Source: Vitrella brassicaformis CCMP3155
Taxonomy: Eukaryota > Protista > Chromerida
Assembly (NCBI GenBank): GCA_001179505.1
Contig: CDMY01000305.1
Span: forward strand, 456,233-520,232
DNA: 64,000 nt
Reading direction: 5' to 3'
Under the pieces are notes generated by a model, which saw nothing but the letters and a program-made list of their open reading frames with translations, made no database searches and was not told the DNA's origin. Shown here in pieces: positions 26,265 through 38,479 of the stretch. How positions within the stretch are numbered: position 1 is the stretch's first letter; every line of letters begins with the position of its first letter. The position numbers and the translations under genes were made by a program.

Positions 26265-29200
26265 ATGTTCGCCAAGGTGAAGGACGGCCAAGCCACAGGT
26301 GAGAGCACCGAGGTCGTCCAGCAACAGATGATGCATCCATCTGATGTCCATCCCACCCATCCGTTTGTTTGTCTGTTTGCTTGTCATTTGTTGCTGCAGG
26401 TGGTTTTTCGTTGCTCTCGTCGTCATCTGGTGCGTCGTCGTCTGGCGGCGGGCTGTTCGGCAGCAAACCGTCCTCGCTCTTCGGAAACACAAACAACAGC
26501 AGCAGCAAGGCAAACACAGGTCTGCCATGACATGAGAAGCAATGGTCACCACCACACCATCACCGCACTCTTCTCTTCGTTGGTTCATTGGTTGTGTCAG
26601 ATTCGTCATGTGGCGGCTCAGTTCTCTCTTCTTCGGCCTTCGCAAGAACACCAAAAGAGGTACACACACAGCACCATTGATTACCATCCTCATGTCATCC
26701 AGTTGCATCAATGCATGTGGTGCTGCTCGTTCACAGGGCGATACCTCAGGCGGTAACACAGAACAAGAGAGACCTACCTGAGACACAACATGCCTCTGGT
26801 TCATTCATTCATTTGTCGGTGTGCGCGTGTGCGTGTTCAGGATTCTTCGCAGCTGGAAGCGGCGGCTCACTCTTCGCAGCCCTCCGCGCCCAGCATCAGC
26901 AGCAGCAAGGCCCTTCAGACTCATCATCAGACGCAAATGGTGACCACACCACCAAAGCCTCACATCGCGGCAGTGGTGGTGGTGGAGGGCTGTTCGCGGC
27001 GGCGTTCGGAGGGGGGTTCGGCAACTCGAAGCTGTTCAGCGGGGGAGGAGGAGGGGGAGGCGGGATGGTGGGTGAGAGTAAGCAGGCGCTCTTCGGCGGC
27101 CAGCGGCAGACGAACACCGGCGACAGCTGTGACAAGGACGACAAGTCGACGTCCGACCAGACCGTGCAGCAGAAGCAGCAGAGCGCGGACGGCCTCTCTG
27201 CTCAGAGTGGAGGATCAGGCACGTGGACAGGACAAAACTAGCCCCACACTCATGCACCACCTCCCCTTCTCTCTGTGTGTGCCTTCTTGTCAGGTTTGGC
27301 GTTTCTGTCGAGGCCGCCGGCTGCAGTGGACGACGCAACAGACAAACACAATGACGACACACAGAAGAGGTAAATCAAGGCGACATCATACACATTTGTG
27401 GAAGTATCCATCTGTCTCCCCTGTTTTCATTTTCAGTATGTTTGCGATGCACGAGGGCGAGTCGGCTGCCGCACACGCCATGACCGACCCCCGCCAAAAC
27501 CAACATGAGAGACACGATAATGGTAGAATGGAGGCAGAGAGAAAGGCGCCTCGAAGGGTGTTGTGTACCATTTCTGCTGTTTGTGTGTCGCACAGATGCC
27601 ATAGGTGGTTCTGCTGGCGGCGAAGGTGCGGTGGCTGCGACGGACATGACGACGGATGAGGGCACCAACCAGGAGGACGAAAATAAGGACAAGTCTACGA
27701 CAGGTCAGCGCACACACACCGAGACACAACACACACACACTCGCCTTGAAACATTGCCTTTGTTCATTGCGCTTCAGACGGTATGGATGTGTGTGCGTTG
27801 TCGCCGGCCAAGCGTCCGCTGGGGGATGAGCACCAGCAGGAGAGCGGCGAGCCGCAGATCAAGCGGCCCAAACCACCACCCCGCCCCTCCCCATCCATCA
27901 GAGCTGCTGCTGCTGCTGCTGCCGTACACAAGCCGACACCCCACCACCATCTGACCACCGAGGCGACCGGAGCGAGTCATGTGATCGCCCGTCCCAAGGT
28001 GCCGCGGAGCTCACCCATCAGACCGCCCAAGACCATACGTCAGCCACCAATGACACCGAAGGAGGAGCCCAGGGATGTGAGTGCATTGTGTGTGTGTGTG
28101 TGTGTGTCAGTGTCGGGTGCGCCTGTGATTAATCAGCCCAAGAGGATGCCTAACAAGTTGGGTGCAGCCCCACCCCGACCCAAACACGCACCTGTCGCTA
28201 AGACGTAATAACGACACCGCCACATGACATGCATGGCACCCGCATGCACCCTCTCGTGTTTATATGTGCAGTCCCATTGTGCCTCGTCCGACGTCTCTGC
28301 TGCTGCCGTCGTCTAACCCTCGCGCGCCATTCCCCCCTCTCCCCGCCCATACCCTCAAGAAGCCCAACACACTGCTCAACGGCGGCAAGGCGCCGCCAGC
28401 CATCAATCGCAGCGGCCAGCAGCAGAGGGGCGGGGGTGGCGCGGCCACACCACAGACACCCGACACGCCAGACAAGGCCGTGAGCAGGGTGGGCACGGGT
28501 CTGACGATCGGCCGCAATCGCAACGTGTCGTCGGCGTCGCCACTCCCCGCTCCACCGCCCTCACCCAGCCACAACGCAAAGGCAGACACACAAGACAACA
28601 CACAAAGGGTGACCTCCATGTGTGTGTGTGTGTGTGTGTGCAGCGTAAGGGGCATCCGCATGCATCTGTCGGCTCTGGCGCGGCTGTCCTGTCAGCGCTG
28701 CAGAAGGCCATCACTGGCGGGCAGGATGCACACAGTGGTACGAGGGAGACACACAAAGACCACAGACCAGAGACACGTTCGCTCGTGTGTCTGGCTCAGT
28801 TGAGGTGAAGGCAGCGAGTGTGGCGGCGAGCGAGCGGTCGTCGGTGCAGGGGAGTCCGCAGCCCGACACACTCTCACACGCCATCGAGAGCTTCACAAAC
28901 ATGCAGAAACAGGTGGGTGACTGACATGCTTTCACAGGAGTGCGTACACATCTTACATCAGCTCAATGCAATGTGTGTGTGCTAGTTGAGTGTGGTGCCT
29001 ACGAGTGATCGCATCAGCCAGATGGAGCAGCGGGACCAAATACTGCAGAAGACATTCCAGCAATCCACCAACAGGTAAGTAAAGTCACACAGAAGAGCAA
29101 TCAAGTTAGTTGATCAGGATGCACCCAATTGTGTGTATTGCAGGGAGAACGAGACGATGTGTCAGCTGGGCAAAATCGAAAAGGACATGGCACAACTGCA

Positions 29201-29426
29201 GGTCACAACCCCACACACGCATACACATCCACCCACAGAGCCGACAAGACGACTGCGTCTCTCTCTGTGTATGTGTATCTAGGAGTTGGCGACGGACCAG
29301 ATCATGCGTCTGACTTTCATGACGATGGAATTCTTGCTGCTGCGCGACCCCTGCAGCGAAGACATGGCCATCGAGTGCATCCAACAGAGCGACCACCACC
29401 ACACACACGACACCATCACCATGTGA
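26265..29426 (+). CDS. FG/GLFG-rich low-complexity protein with C-terminal coiled coil; candidate divergent FG-nucleoporin
   Basis: MFAKVKDGQAT|GGFSLLSSSSGASSSGGGLFGSKPSSLFGNTNN, GFFAAGSGGSLFAA, GGLFAAAFGGGFGNSKLFSGG, QALFGGQ; then acidic and P/K-rich spacer; C-terminal helical region (ISQMEQRDQILQKTFQ...LGKIEKDMAQLQ); TGA 29424-29426. Confidence 0.5.
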
Positions 29427-29983
29427 TAACATGACACAATGCGTGACACAAAACCTACAACACATGAGAGAACACCCATAAGCGACACAGACAGACAGAC
29501 AGACAGACAGAAAGGCTCGAAAGAGTCCAGTGGTGGTGCACGTGGTTGTGAGTGGTTGTGTCTGCGCGTGAGGTGCGTGTGGGTTGGACTGCCAAGGCAT
29601 CATATCATGCCGAGTGAGAGGACTCTTCAAGGACTCATGGACGTACACGGATGCATGACATGACGTGAATGCGCGTGTGCCTGTGCCTGTTGAAGAGCTT
29701 ATTTGGGTACGTCGTCAACCTTTCATCATATATATACAGATCGTGTGCACGCGTCGGCAGTATGCTGTGCTGCCATGTGATGTCCCTGTCTGCCAGGGCC
29801 CTCTCGTCAACCCACATGCAGGCAACGCGAGAGGCGCCTGGCGGACATCGGATTCACAGCACGCACCACCACCTCAGTGCGTAGCTCAAAGGTAGGTACA
29901 TCATCAATCTCGGGGTCACAGATACACACGTGCGAGCATTACACAGTCGCACCCATCCCGTCTAGATAGTCTATCTAAGATGG

Positions 29984-32920
29984 TCAGCGTGCCCCTCTCG
30001 CAAGCACCAGCCTGGCCATGAAGGGAGGAATGCGATCAGCGTCCTCGAGACCCTCACCCTGACAACACACGCACGTCATTGACCACACGAGCCGTACGTA
30101 TCTGAACAGCATGCCCTGCGAAGCTCACCCTCTCATCAAAGTCCGTCCGCACCAGCGCATACCGCCGGCTGCCGTGGCCCTTTGCCAGCGTCATCTGGAA
30201 CACCGTGCATCGGTTCTCGGTGGTCGAGCGCAATGTGAATGTGCCGATATCGTCATATTGCTGGGGCTGGGGGGGTGGTATCGCTCGAGAGGGGACGGGG
30301 GCCACTGGCGATGCGGACGGCGATGGGAGGGGGGGAGGGAGACGGGGCGACGGTGTGGCAGCACCAGGGGAAGAATCTGCCGACATTAATGAAAGAGAGA
30401 GGGAGAGAGATCACCATTGGATCGATGCACCGATGCGTGGTCTGACTGTGTCGCTCGAAATCGACTTTCCACCCGAGCAGCGTTTTGATGCCCTCACGAT
30501 ACGCCCTGACGACAACACCAGATCGGACAAGATCGAATCAGATCAAATCTGCCTGTCCGCCCTCTCCATCTCTAGGTTCTCACTGCATGGTGTTCTGGTA
30601 TTGCGTGTTTCTTCGTTTCTCTTGATCCACTCGTCTGCGACATTCGTCCAGGTCCTCTTTGAGCGACCGCACCTGGTTTGTCAACGACTCCCTCTCCTTC
30701 TCCATACGCACCTGCACACACATAGGGTATGACAGGCAAATGGTGCCGCTGTCTGTCTGTCTGTCTGTCGTGTGCGCGTCGCGTACTGTGTCTTTGTTGC
30801 CGGAGTGGCCGTCAGTGCCTTTGCTGTGTGGTGCTCGGTCGGGGTCTGGGAAGGAGGGGCTGCCCTTGAGGCGGGAGCGCTCCTCTGCATAAGCTGCATG
30901 CGATGGTCGGGCGGCATCGGTGTCGGCCCCTGCCAGTGATCTTGCCTCGCGCAGCTCCTGATGGACGCATGGATAACATTTGCCACGTTTCACCCTGCCT
31001 ACATCGGTTTCAGTCCTGCACCTGTTGCAGCCGCTTGTTCTCTTGTTCCAACTCGGCGATCCGTGACCTGTCGCGAGCGCTATGCGGGGGCTGACATGAG
31101 CGACGGGGAGATGACATGCCAATATGTATGGGCCCACATGTGCCTGCCTTGTGTGGATGGCTCATGCATTACCTGCTGGTCGGCTACGACGCGTGTGCCT
31201 CGAGAAGGCGACCTGTCCTTCTGCCTGGCAAACACACACAGATGGACGGACCATTGATTGGACGGTGTCCTGTGTGTGTCGGCAGCTACATGCCTACCGC
31301 TGTCTTTGCGTCTGTTTGAGGTCCTCGCGCAGCCTCTGCATCTCACGCTCGTGAGCTGATATATGGACAGATCCAGACAGAGGTCAGTCGAGCATGGAAT
31401 ACCGCCGGATGGATGCTTTCCAAGGCCTTTGCTTTGGTACCTCTTGCCTCCTGCTTGGCGGCCTCCGTGAGGCGCTGCGTGCACACGAACGAAAAGAACA
31501 AGAAGATGAAGAACACGACACTTACACTAGGTACCTAGATACCTTTCTGTCCTCCTCGTATCTCTTGGCCTCGGCCTTTCGCTGGTGGATAGATACCAAC
31601 ACAGACAGCACACATAATGACATCATGTGGTCTTCCCGGGTCGGTGTATATCACATCACCGACCGACACACCCTGTCTATCTCTTCTTGCAGCCTGCGGT
31701 CGGCGTCCTGAAGCTCAGCGATGCGATCATTTGTCCGACGGTCGTCCGCCGACGGAGCCTGCATGGCATGCATACGCACAAGAACAAACACCTTGGTGTT
31801 GATATGATGCAAGTGTGTTGTCAGTCACCTGTTCTAGTTTCTTCTGCAGGTTTGCGTATCTCTGTTTGTGCTCTTCCGCCAGCTCCTTCTCGAGCACCAG
31901 CTCCTCAGCCTTGGCGGCACACTCAGACCTGCAGGAAATACATACCCGCCCGCCACAGACCAAACGAACCGCCACGTCACGCGTACTCATGTGGGTGCCT
32001 GCCTGTGCATCCGTACTGACTTGGCCTCGTCGTGTTCCTGCTGCAGGAGGTTCATCTGCGCCTCGAGAGAACAACACTCTGCACACACGACAGACACCTC
32101 TCACGTTCGCGTGCTGTCGATTGATTGCATCGCTTGGCTGAGTGTTTAGTTACTTGATCTCAGCTGAGTGAGTTCCTTCCTCATGTGGTCGGATTGCTCC
32201 TTGGCCCGCTGCTCAGACTCCGCCCGCGCCCTCGCCTCTCGGCTCGTCACATCCTGCCTGCGGACCGGGCACACATTTGGCGATATGATTACACGCAGGA
32301 ATGGAATGTAGGCTGTGCAGTTGTGTCGTGCATTTGCGTAGCTTACGAGTGCCTGAGCTCCTCTACGAGCGACTCTTGGCGTGACGCATGCTGTTTGACA
32401 CACAGGCATGGGCAGGTGACCTACGCGCTTACACGTCTGTGTATGAGTGCCGGCTGCCCACCTCTTGCGCCTCCCTGAGGCTGGTCTGCAGCTCCCTCAC
32501 TCGCCCTTCCAGCTCGTCACACCTCGACTCATATGGACGATGGCGCTCCAACTCGGCCAGCGCATCTGCACAGAGAATGTTGATCAACACAATGCACATA
32601 CAATACACAGACGGGCGTGCGTACGTACCATCTCTCTCTCTGATGACGTCCTGGTGCCTTCTGCCGTTGCGCTGCATCTGGGCGATTGCATCGCGGGCAT
32701 CGGCAAGGCTCAGATAAGGAGCTCTCTCGCGCAACTCTGACAGCTGAACACAAGACATCCACACGCACACACACGGGATCATCGTGCTTGTGGAATTCTG
32801 CTGTTTGTTGACTACGTCTTGGGAGCTGAATTCATCGACGCAGTTGACAATGTCCTCGAGTGATCGTCGTAGGCTCCTCGTCTCCCATGCGCTCCCAGGC
32901 CCGCCAGACGGCGGCCGCAT
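29984..32920 (-). CDS. MAD1: MAD1-like spindle assembly checkpoint protein (long coiled coil plus C-terminal RWD-type domain)
   Basis: Spliced C-terminus RRNTQYQNTMQ|AYREGIKTLLGWKVDFE...FTLRSTTENRCTVFQ...YALVRTDFDER|GEGLEDADRIPPFMARLVL aligns by eye with human MAD1 [27 protein letters not shown]...YRLTS...LIFK...MQLLETEFS...SIPAFLSSLTL. Upstream exons are all coiled coil. Start 32920 (alternative 33088). Confidence 0.75.
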
Positions 32921-33086
32921 CGCAACAAACAGCGGCAACACACGTGGCAACACAAATTGCTGAGGTGCGATGCTCGCGGCGACCGAGGATTCTTTCAAGT
33001 GCTGTATACCATTAAGCCCTAGTACCTCCGCCAAAAGCTTGCAATCATCCCAAGGGCCGTTGAATGACCGTTGGTGCACCGAACTC

Positions 33087-36000
33087 ATGGAGGAGGCCCT
33101 AGACGTCCCTCCCTACTCGCCTGATGGTCTCAGGCCTGCAGCGTACTTCTTCAAGTTTCTCGTACGCTCACAGATTCATCCACGCACACGTCTGTCTGTC
33201 TGTCTGTCTGTCTGTGTCTGTATGCGCGCACACAGGCCCGTGAGTCCATCCTTGGCAAGGCTGCGGTGGACAGCGCCGCCAAGAGAAAGGCACAGGAGGC
33301 AGAGGCGACGGGGCAGATGACACTCACTGGGCTTAAAGGGACCGCTCTGCAGGCCGCTGAAGGACGGGAGGCATGGATCATGGCGAATCGCCTGTAAGGT
33401 TCCGAAGGGATGCGCTTATTCTGTATGTATGGTGGCTGTTTTGTTGTGTGGTCAGGTATGTGTGGATTCCCGACACGATAGTGTTCAACGATGTGGGGAG
33501 GCAGGGGGGCATGGAGCAGCCGCCGCCGAGATGGTACTACTCCAACACTTCAGGACAGCTCACCTACTCTACCAAAGTCAGCACGTGACACCCAGTTACA
33601 CAGAGACAGACAGACAGACAGACAGACAGACGGAGAGACAGACGGAGAGACAGACGGAGAGACAGACGGCAGCCTCATAATGATTCTGCCCCTGTGCATG
33701 GTCAGTTCAACCTCGAGACGATCCTCAGCAATCTGTCCAGAGGCACTTCGGGGCCCACCGCGCCCATAGCAGTGGTCAAGAAGATCGCCAAGAGCGCCAC
33801 GACATTCCCCAAGGGTTGTGCGAGCCAGCTGATGACGGTGCACCAGCTGTCCAACTTCCTGCAGGGGGTCAAGGGCGCCACGGACCTCACCATCTGTGTG
33901 CAGAAGTTCATACCACCGCACGGCAGGAAAGCCACACTGCTCAGGTAAAAGGGACACAGAGAGGGAGAGGGGCATGACCTCCATGTAAATGAGCGTATCG
34001 ATTTCTACCGGCCGCTCTCCTTGTTCTATTGTCAGGTGCAACTGGAGACGGGAACTCCCACCACAAGGTCTGTTCTCATCTTGTCTCTTTTCCGCCATCC
34101 TCTCCTTGTCCATCTGTCCCAACGATTCAGGCTGGTATCTCACAAATGGCTATTCTCTGAGCGAGCGGCGAGTGCCGCCATCAGCGAGGCTTCTGGTGTC
34201 GCTCAATCCCATCAAGGAGGTGGCGCAGAAGACGAGCACAGTAGGGGAGGCCGGGGAGGGTGCGGGGGGTGACGAGAGGAGGAAGGTTGCCGAGAAGAAG
34301 GTCGAGGTCACGCCTGCATACACGGCGGCCCTGCAGGAACCTACAAAGATACTCCAGAGTGAGACAGACAGGGAGACAGGGGGAGAGGGTGGAGGGTTTC
34401 CGCCACCCTTTCTGTCCCCATATTGTGTGGTGGGTGTCATTACAGGAATTGCTGACTATGTGGGTCGTGTGTGCGGTCTGCGCTTCGATGAGCTCATGGG
34501 CGACTTCATCAAAGACAGCGCAAAGCAACTCTGGCTCATACAAGTAACCACACACAAACCCCCCCATTCACACCCACCCAGTCACTCCTCACACTGCCAG
34601 GTAAAGGCCTTCCGTCTGGTCGCCTCGCCCTACACCCAGCCGTCCATCGCATGTGAAGACTCGGCCATGCTGGAAGAGGAGGATTATCACGCAGCGGGTG
34701 ACAGGGAGGGGCGGGAGGGTGGGAGGGGCAAAGGCATTCCTGGCGATCGCAGCGAGCCGTTGCAGTGGCGGTGCGGCTTCTGCAAATGTGAATACAGGCT
34801 GGATGTGAGTAGGGCGGGGTGGGAGGGAGGAAGACATGGTCGACGTGTCTTCTCAATGCAATGCAGAAGTTGGCGTATCGGTTGACGCCTTCGATGGTGC
34901 TGAGATCGCAGGACCTGCTCAGACACATGGGCAGGTACTGATGTACACGCAGACACCCATAGAGACGCGTACTGTGTGTGTGTGTGTGTGTTGGACGGCA
35001 TGACATGGCCTGCAGGCCGCTGTCATGGTATGAGGAGGAGCTGCAGTCGGCGTCAAGGCTGTCTGAGAAAGAAATATATCGCATGCAGAGGTGAGGCGTG
35101 GCAGGCGCAACACCATATGCATTTCAGCACCTGCTGCCATGTCTGTCTCTCTGAAGGGCGTGTCAGGCGTGTTACCGCCTCCACAGCGCCCTGCAAGTAG
35201 CCAACCACCATACCGTCAATCCACTGGCGGGCCCATATGCCTGTCTCCTTTCTGTTGTCCTACAGGAGCTAGAAGAGGTGGAGCTTCTCTTCCACACCCG
35301 GCTGGGCCTCCCCATTCCCCGCACCCCGCAGCACAGCGGACCGCCGCCACAACTCTCACCCAGGAGAAGACAACAACATCAGGCAGCCGCAGCCGCACCA
35401 CAGCAGCCCGGCTCTTCCTGCCTGTCTCTCCCGGCCGCAGTGGCAGTGGGGCCTCTGACGTATACAGAGATCATGGCACACCACCCCGCACTCAGGGGGG
35501 GCTGGAGGGATAGAGATCGCGACACCCCACAAGAGATGGATCACGATGCGGACACTGAGGCGGCCCCGGCACGTGCAGTGCACATCCGCACGAGAGAGGA
35601 CATCGAGGGCGGCGACAGTGTGGCCAAGAGGCAGAGAAGGAAAGACCAGCAGCAGCGGGGTGGCGGGGGTGGTGGGAAGAGGGAGAGGCGTGTCCTGGGG
35701 TGGGTAAGCGGGGGGCTCGCCAGGAGCTATAGAGGCTTAGTTGAGGGAAGAGGCAGACACACTCAGATGGTCGGTGAGTGACAGACAACACATACACTAA
35801 GCCTGAATATCCGTTTGTGTCTGTGTGCGGGGTATTTCAGCACAGCGACGGTCTGTTTCCCTCGGCGGCCATCTCATCAGGCTGGGAGAAAGACCTCAAC
35901 CTCCCCGACCTCATCACAGCCACACACGCCGCCACGCAGCCTCACACACAAGCCCCATCGGCAGCAGCAGCAGCAGCGGCGGTAGGCCGGCCATCCTTCT

Positions 36001-37528
36001 CCCTCTCACCAGGTCTCTCCCCAATGTCGGCAGAAGCCCCCGACTCGCCCAAAGCGCTCATGCGGCGAATGATGAGCGACATGAGACTGGCGAAGGAGAA
36101 GGATGGACCCCGGGGCAGTGCCGACAGTGGAGATTCCCGCGTTGCTGATATTGTGGCGGGGGGCCGGAGGGGCAGTGTGGCTGTGGGAGGGGGTGGTGGT
36201 GGTGGTGGTGCGCAGCTGATGAGTGTGGTCGTCAACAGGGGCGTGACGAGTGAGGCCGGGTCGACCGCCAGGATGATGATGAGATACAGACTGTTCATTC
36301 TCCTGCAGGTACGCATTTATGCATCTGTCTCTCTCTGTCTTTCTATCTACCATTATCTGTGTGTCGTGTCGTGTGTGCCTCAGGAGCTCCGGAGTGTCCC
36401 AGCCGAGTACATAGCGACCCTCAAAGCACGACGGCAGTGTACGCTCCAGTTCCGCCTCTTCGGGCTCACACACATCGTCCCCCTCACCCACCATGCCCCC
36501 GTCCTACACTCACAGGACCAGCAGCAGACGGACCAAAGACGAGAGGGCGACAAAGAGGGCGAGAAAGAGGGAGGGGGAGAGGGAGAGGGAGAGAGGCGGC
36601 GGACCATCGGGCGGTCGGACGTCCTGGGGACACAGCCCGTCAACTGCATGCGGATCGCGTATTTCTTCTCGCAGAATCCGAAGCGGCTGATGACGTTTGT
36701 CCATAAGATGAAGAGCCTTAACGTCACTTTCTGCTGGCGCAACCAAAGGTGAGCGTGTGTGTGTGTGTGTGGATGTCGCTCATTCATGTGCTGGCTGATC
36801 CGTGTGTCTGTGTGTGTGTGTGTGTGTGTCTGTGTGTGTGTGTGCATTATACAGGCTGGGTACGTGCAGCTTAGCCCTGCAGCCGTGTTGGCGGAAGTCG
36901 ATCAGCCGGCAGAACATCCTCCACCCCTTCACCGGCACCCCCAGCAACCTCGCCACTCTCCAACTCAAGGTCACCCCCTCCACCAAGCCCATCCACACAC
37001 AACACAACCATGTCTCCCTCTCCCTCTGTGTGCGTGTGTTGTGTGCAGGCAGTGGTAGGCGCGACGAGTGGTGTGATAGAGAACGTGCAGCCTTTATCAG
37101 TGAAGCTCTACCGCGGCGTGTTCGTGCCCTCCCCCTCCTACACCGCCCCCGAGCCGCTGCCGCCCGTCTGGCTGGAGATACTCTCCCAACACACCACCAC
37201 AACCGCCACAGGCAACAAGAGCAGCGCTGCCGACAGCAGCACCGGCCAACCACAGCAGCAGCAAGACGAAGGTAAAGGAGACAGGGAGGATGAGTACGGT
37301 GCGTTTATCAGGCAGGAGAGTGACAGTGATGTTTCTAGTGACGACGGCGATGGGGAAGATGCCGTTTTGACCAGAGGGGAGGGGGAGGGAGAGGGGGATG
37401 CTGTGCACATGGCGACGGCCGCGCCTTTGCTGTCGGTGTATGAGAGTCATCCGTACAATAGAGACACGCACATTGAGGCCGGCATGGACCTGTTGAGACA
37501 TATCGAAGAGACGGGCAAGGGCAGATGA
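33087..37528 (+). CDS. Large uncharacterised protein: TTL/ATP-grasp-like N-terminus, paired CxxC motifs, C-terminal C2-like beta domain
   Basis: Exons give WIPDTIVF, ICVQKFIPPHGRK, FDELMGDFIKDSAKQLWLIQ|VKAF, CGFCKC...ACQACYRL, IAYFFSQNPKRLMTFV...LGTCSLALQP...ILHPF...NLATLQLK|AVVG...YTAPEPLPPVW; TGA 37526-37528. Domain names are inferred. Confidence 0.6.
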
Positions 37529-37798
37529 TGTGCTGTGTGGCTGATTCTGATGGGTCATGGCCTCTCTCTTTGATGTGACTGATCTGTGCCGATGGATGGA
37601 TGGATCTATAGATGGACGTTTGCAGCCAGCGGCGATAGGCCGGTGTGTGGCTGATTTGATTGATGGGCAGTGACTCCACCGACCGATCGTTATGAATGTC
37701 AACCCATATGGCATATATGTATGATGTCTGTGTCATGAGGACAAAACCTGCACCACGCACACACCCACACATCACATACGCATGGCCAACATCTTGAC

Positions 37799-38410
37799 TC
37801 AAGGAGTGATAACCAAGGCAGTCGCTGCCGCGGATACCCAACCATCAATGAGAGCAATCGCAACCAAGACGGAAAAAGTGAGACACACCATACCCAGCAA
37901 AACCACCGCTTCTGTTCCGCTCTTCGATTTTTTGGAAGCGACATCGAGCAGGTGTTCTTTTCGCTCCATGATGGCCAGGTAGCGGTGAGCGAAAGGAACT
38001 TGAGCAACACTGATGGAGACACATGTGGCCAGGAGCCGTGCGGCGGTCAGACCGGCCAGAAGCATGCCCTTCGTGCTGCTTAGGGCTGTGCCGATCCACA
38101 CGCCAATCAGCGCCAGCATTAGTCCATAACCCCAGAACTTGGTCCATCTGACCCCAAAAACTCTATCCAGCAGAAGCCTAAAGCCACCTTGGATGAGGTA
38201 GCCGCAGACAATCAGCTTGTTGCCAAATTCGGGGAGCTCTTGCCACTGCATAGAATTGGACCGAGAGCCGGGCCCGACCACTGCAGCGATCGCGACTGAA
38301 GTGATGACGATGTTGAGGCAAGACAAGGCCGCAAAACATAGGGAATCTCTGAAACATGCCCAGTGGGGCTCTCTCGCACAAAGCCGGTCCTGGGGCGGCT
38401 TGCTGACGAC
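37799..38410 (-). CDS. Multi-pass membrane ORF (about 5 TM) with no ATG at its 5' end; probably the last exon of the adjacent RING-CH gene
   Basis: Open frame from acceptor gtcgtcag at ~38410 (KPPQDRLCAREPHWACFRDSLCFAALSCLNIVITSVAIAAVV...ALVITP*), strongly hydrophobic. Confidence 0.45.
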   Translation of the reverse strand, partial: VVSKPPQDRLCAREPHWACFRDSLCFAALSCLNIVITSVAIAAVVGPGSRSNSMQWQELPEFGNKLIVCGYLIQGGFRLLLDRVFGVRWTKFWGYGLMLALIGVWIGTALSSTKGMLLAGLTAARLLATCVSISVAQVPFAHRYLAIMERKEHLLDVASKKSKSGTEAVVLLGMVCLTFSVLVAIALIDGWVSAAATALVITP

Positions 38411-38479
38411 ACAACGAAGGCGACAGACAGCTGATGCAGCTGATGCTCGTTCGTCAGTCTGTGTGCGCTATTTTGTTGC

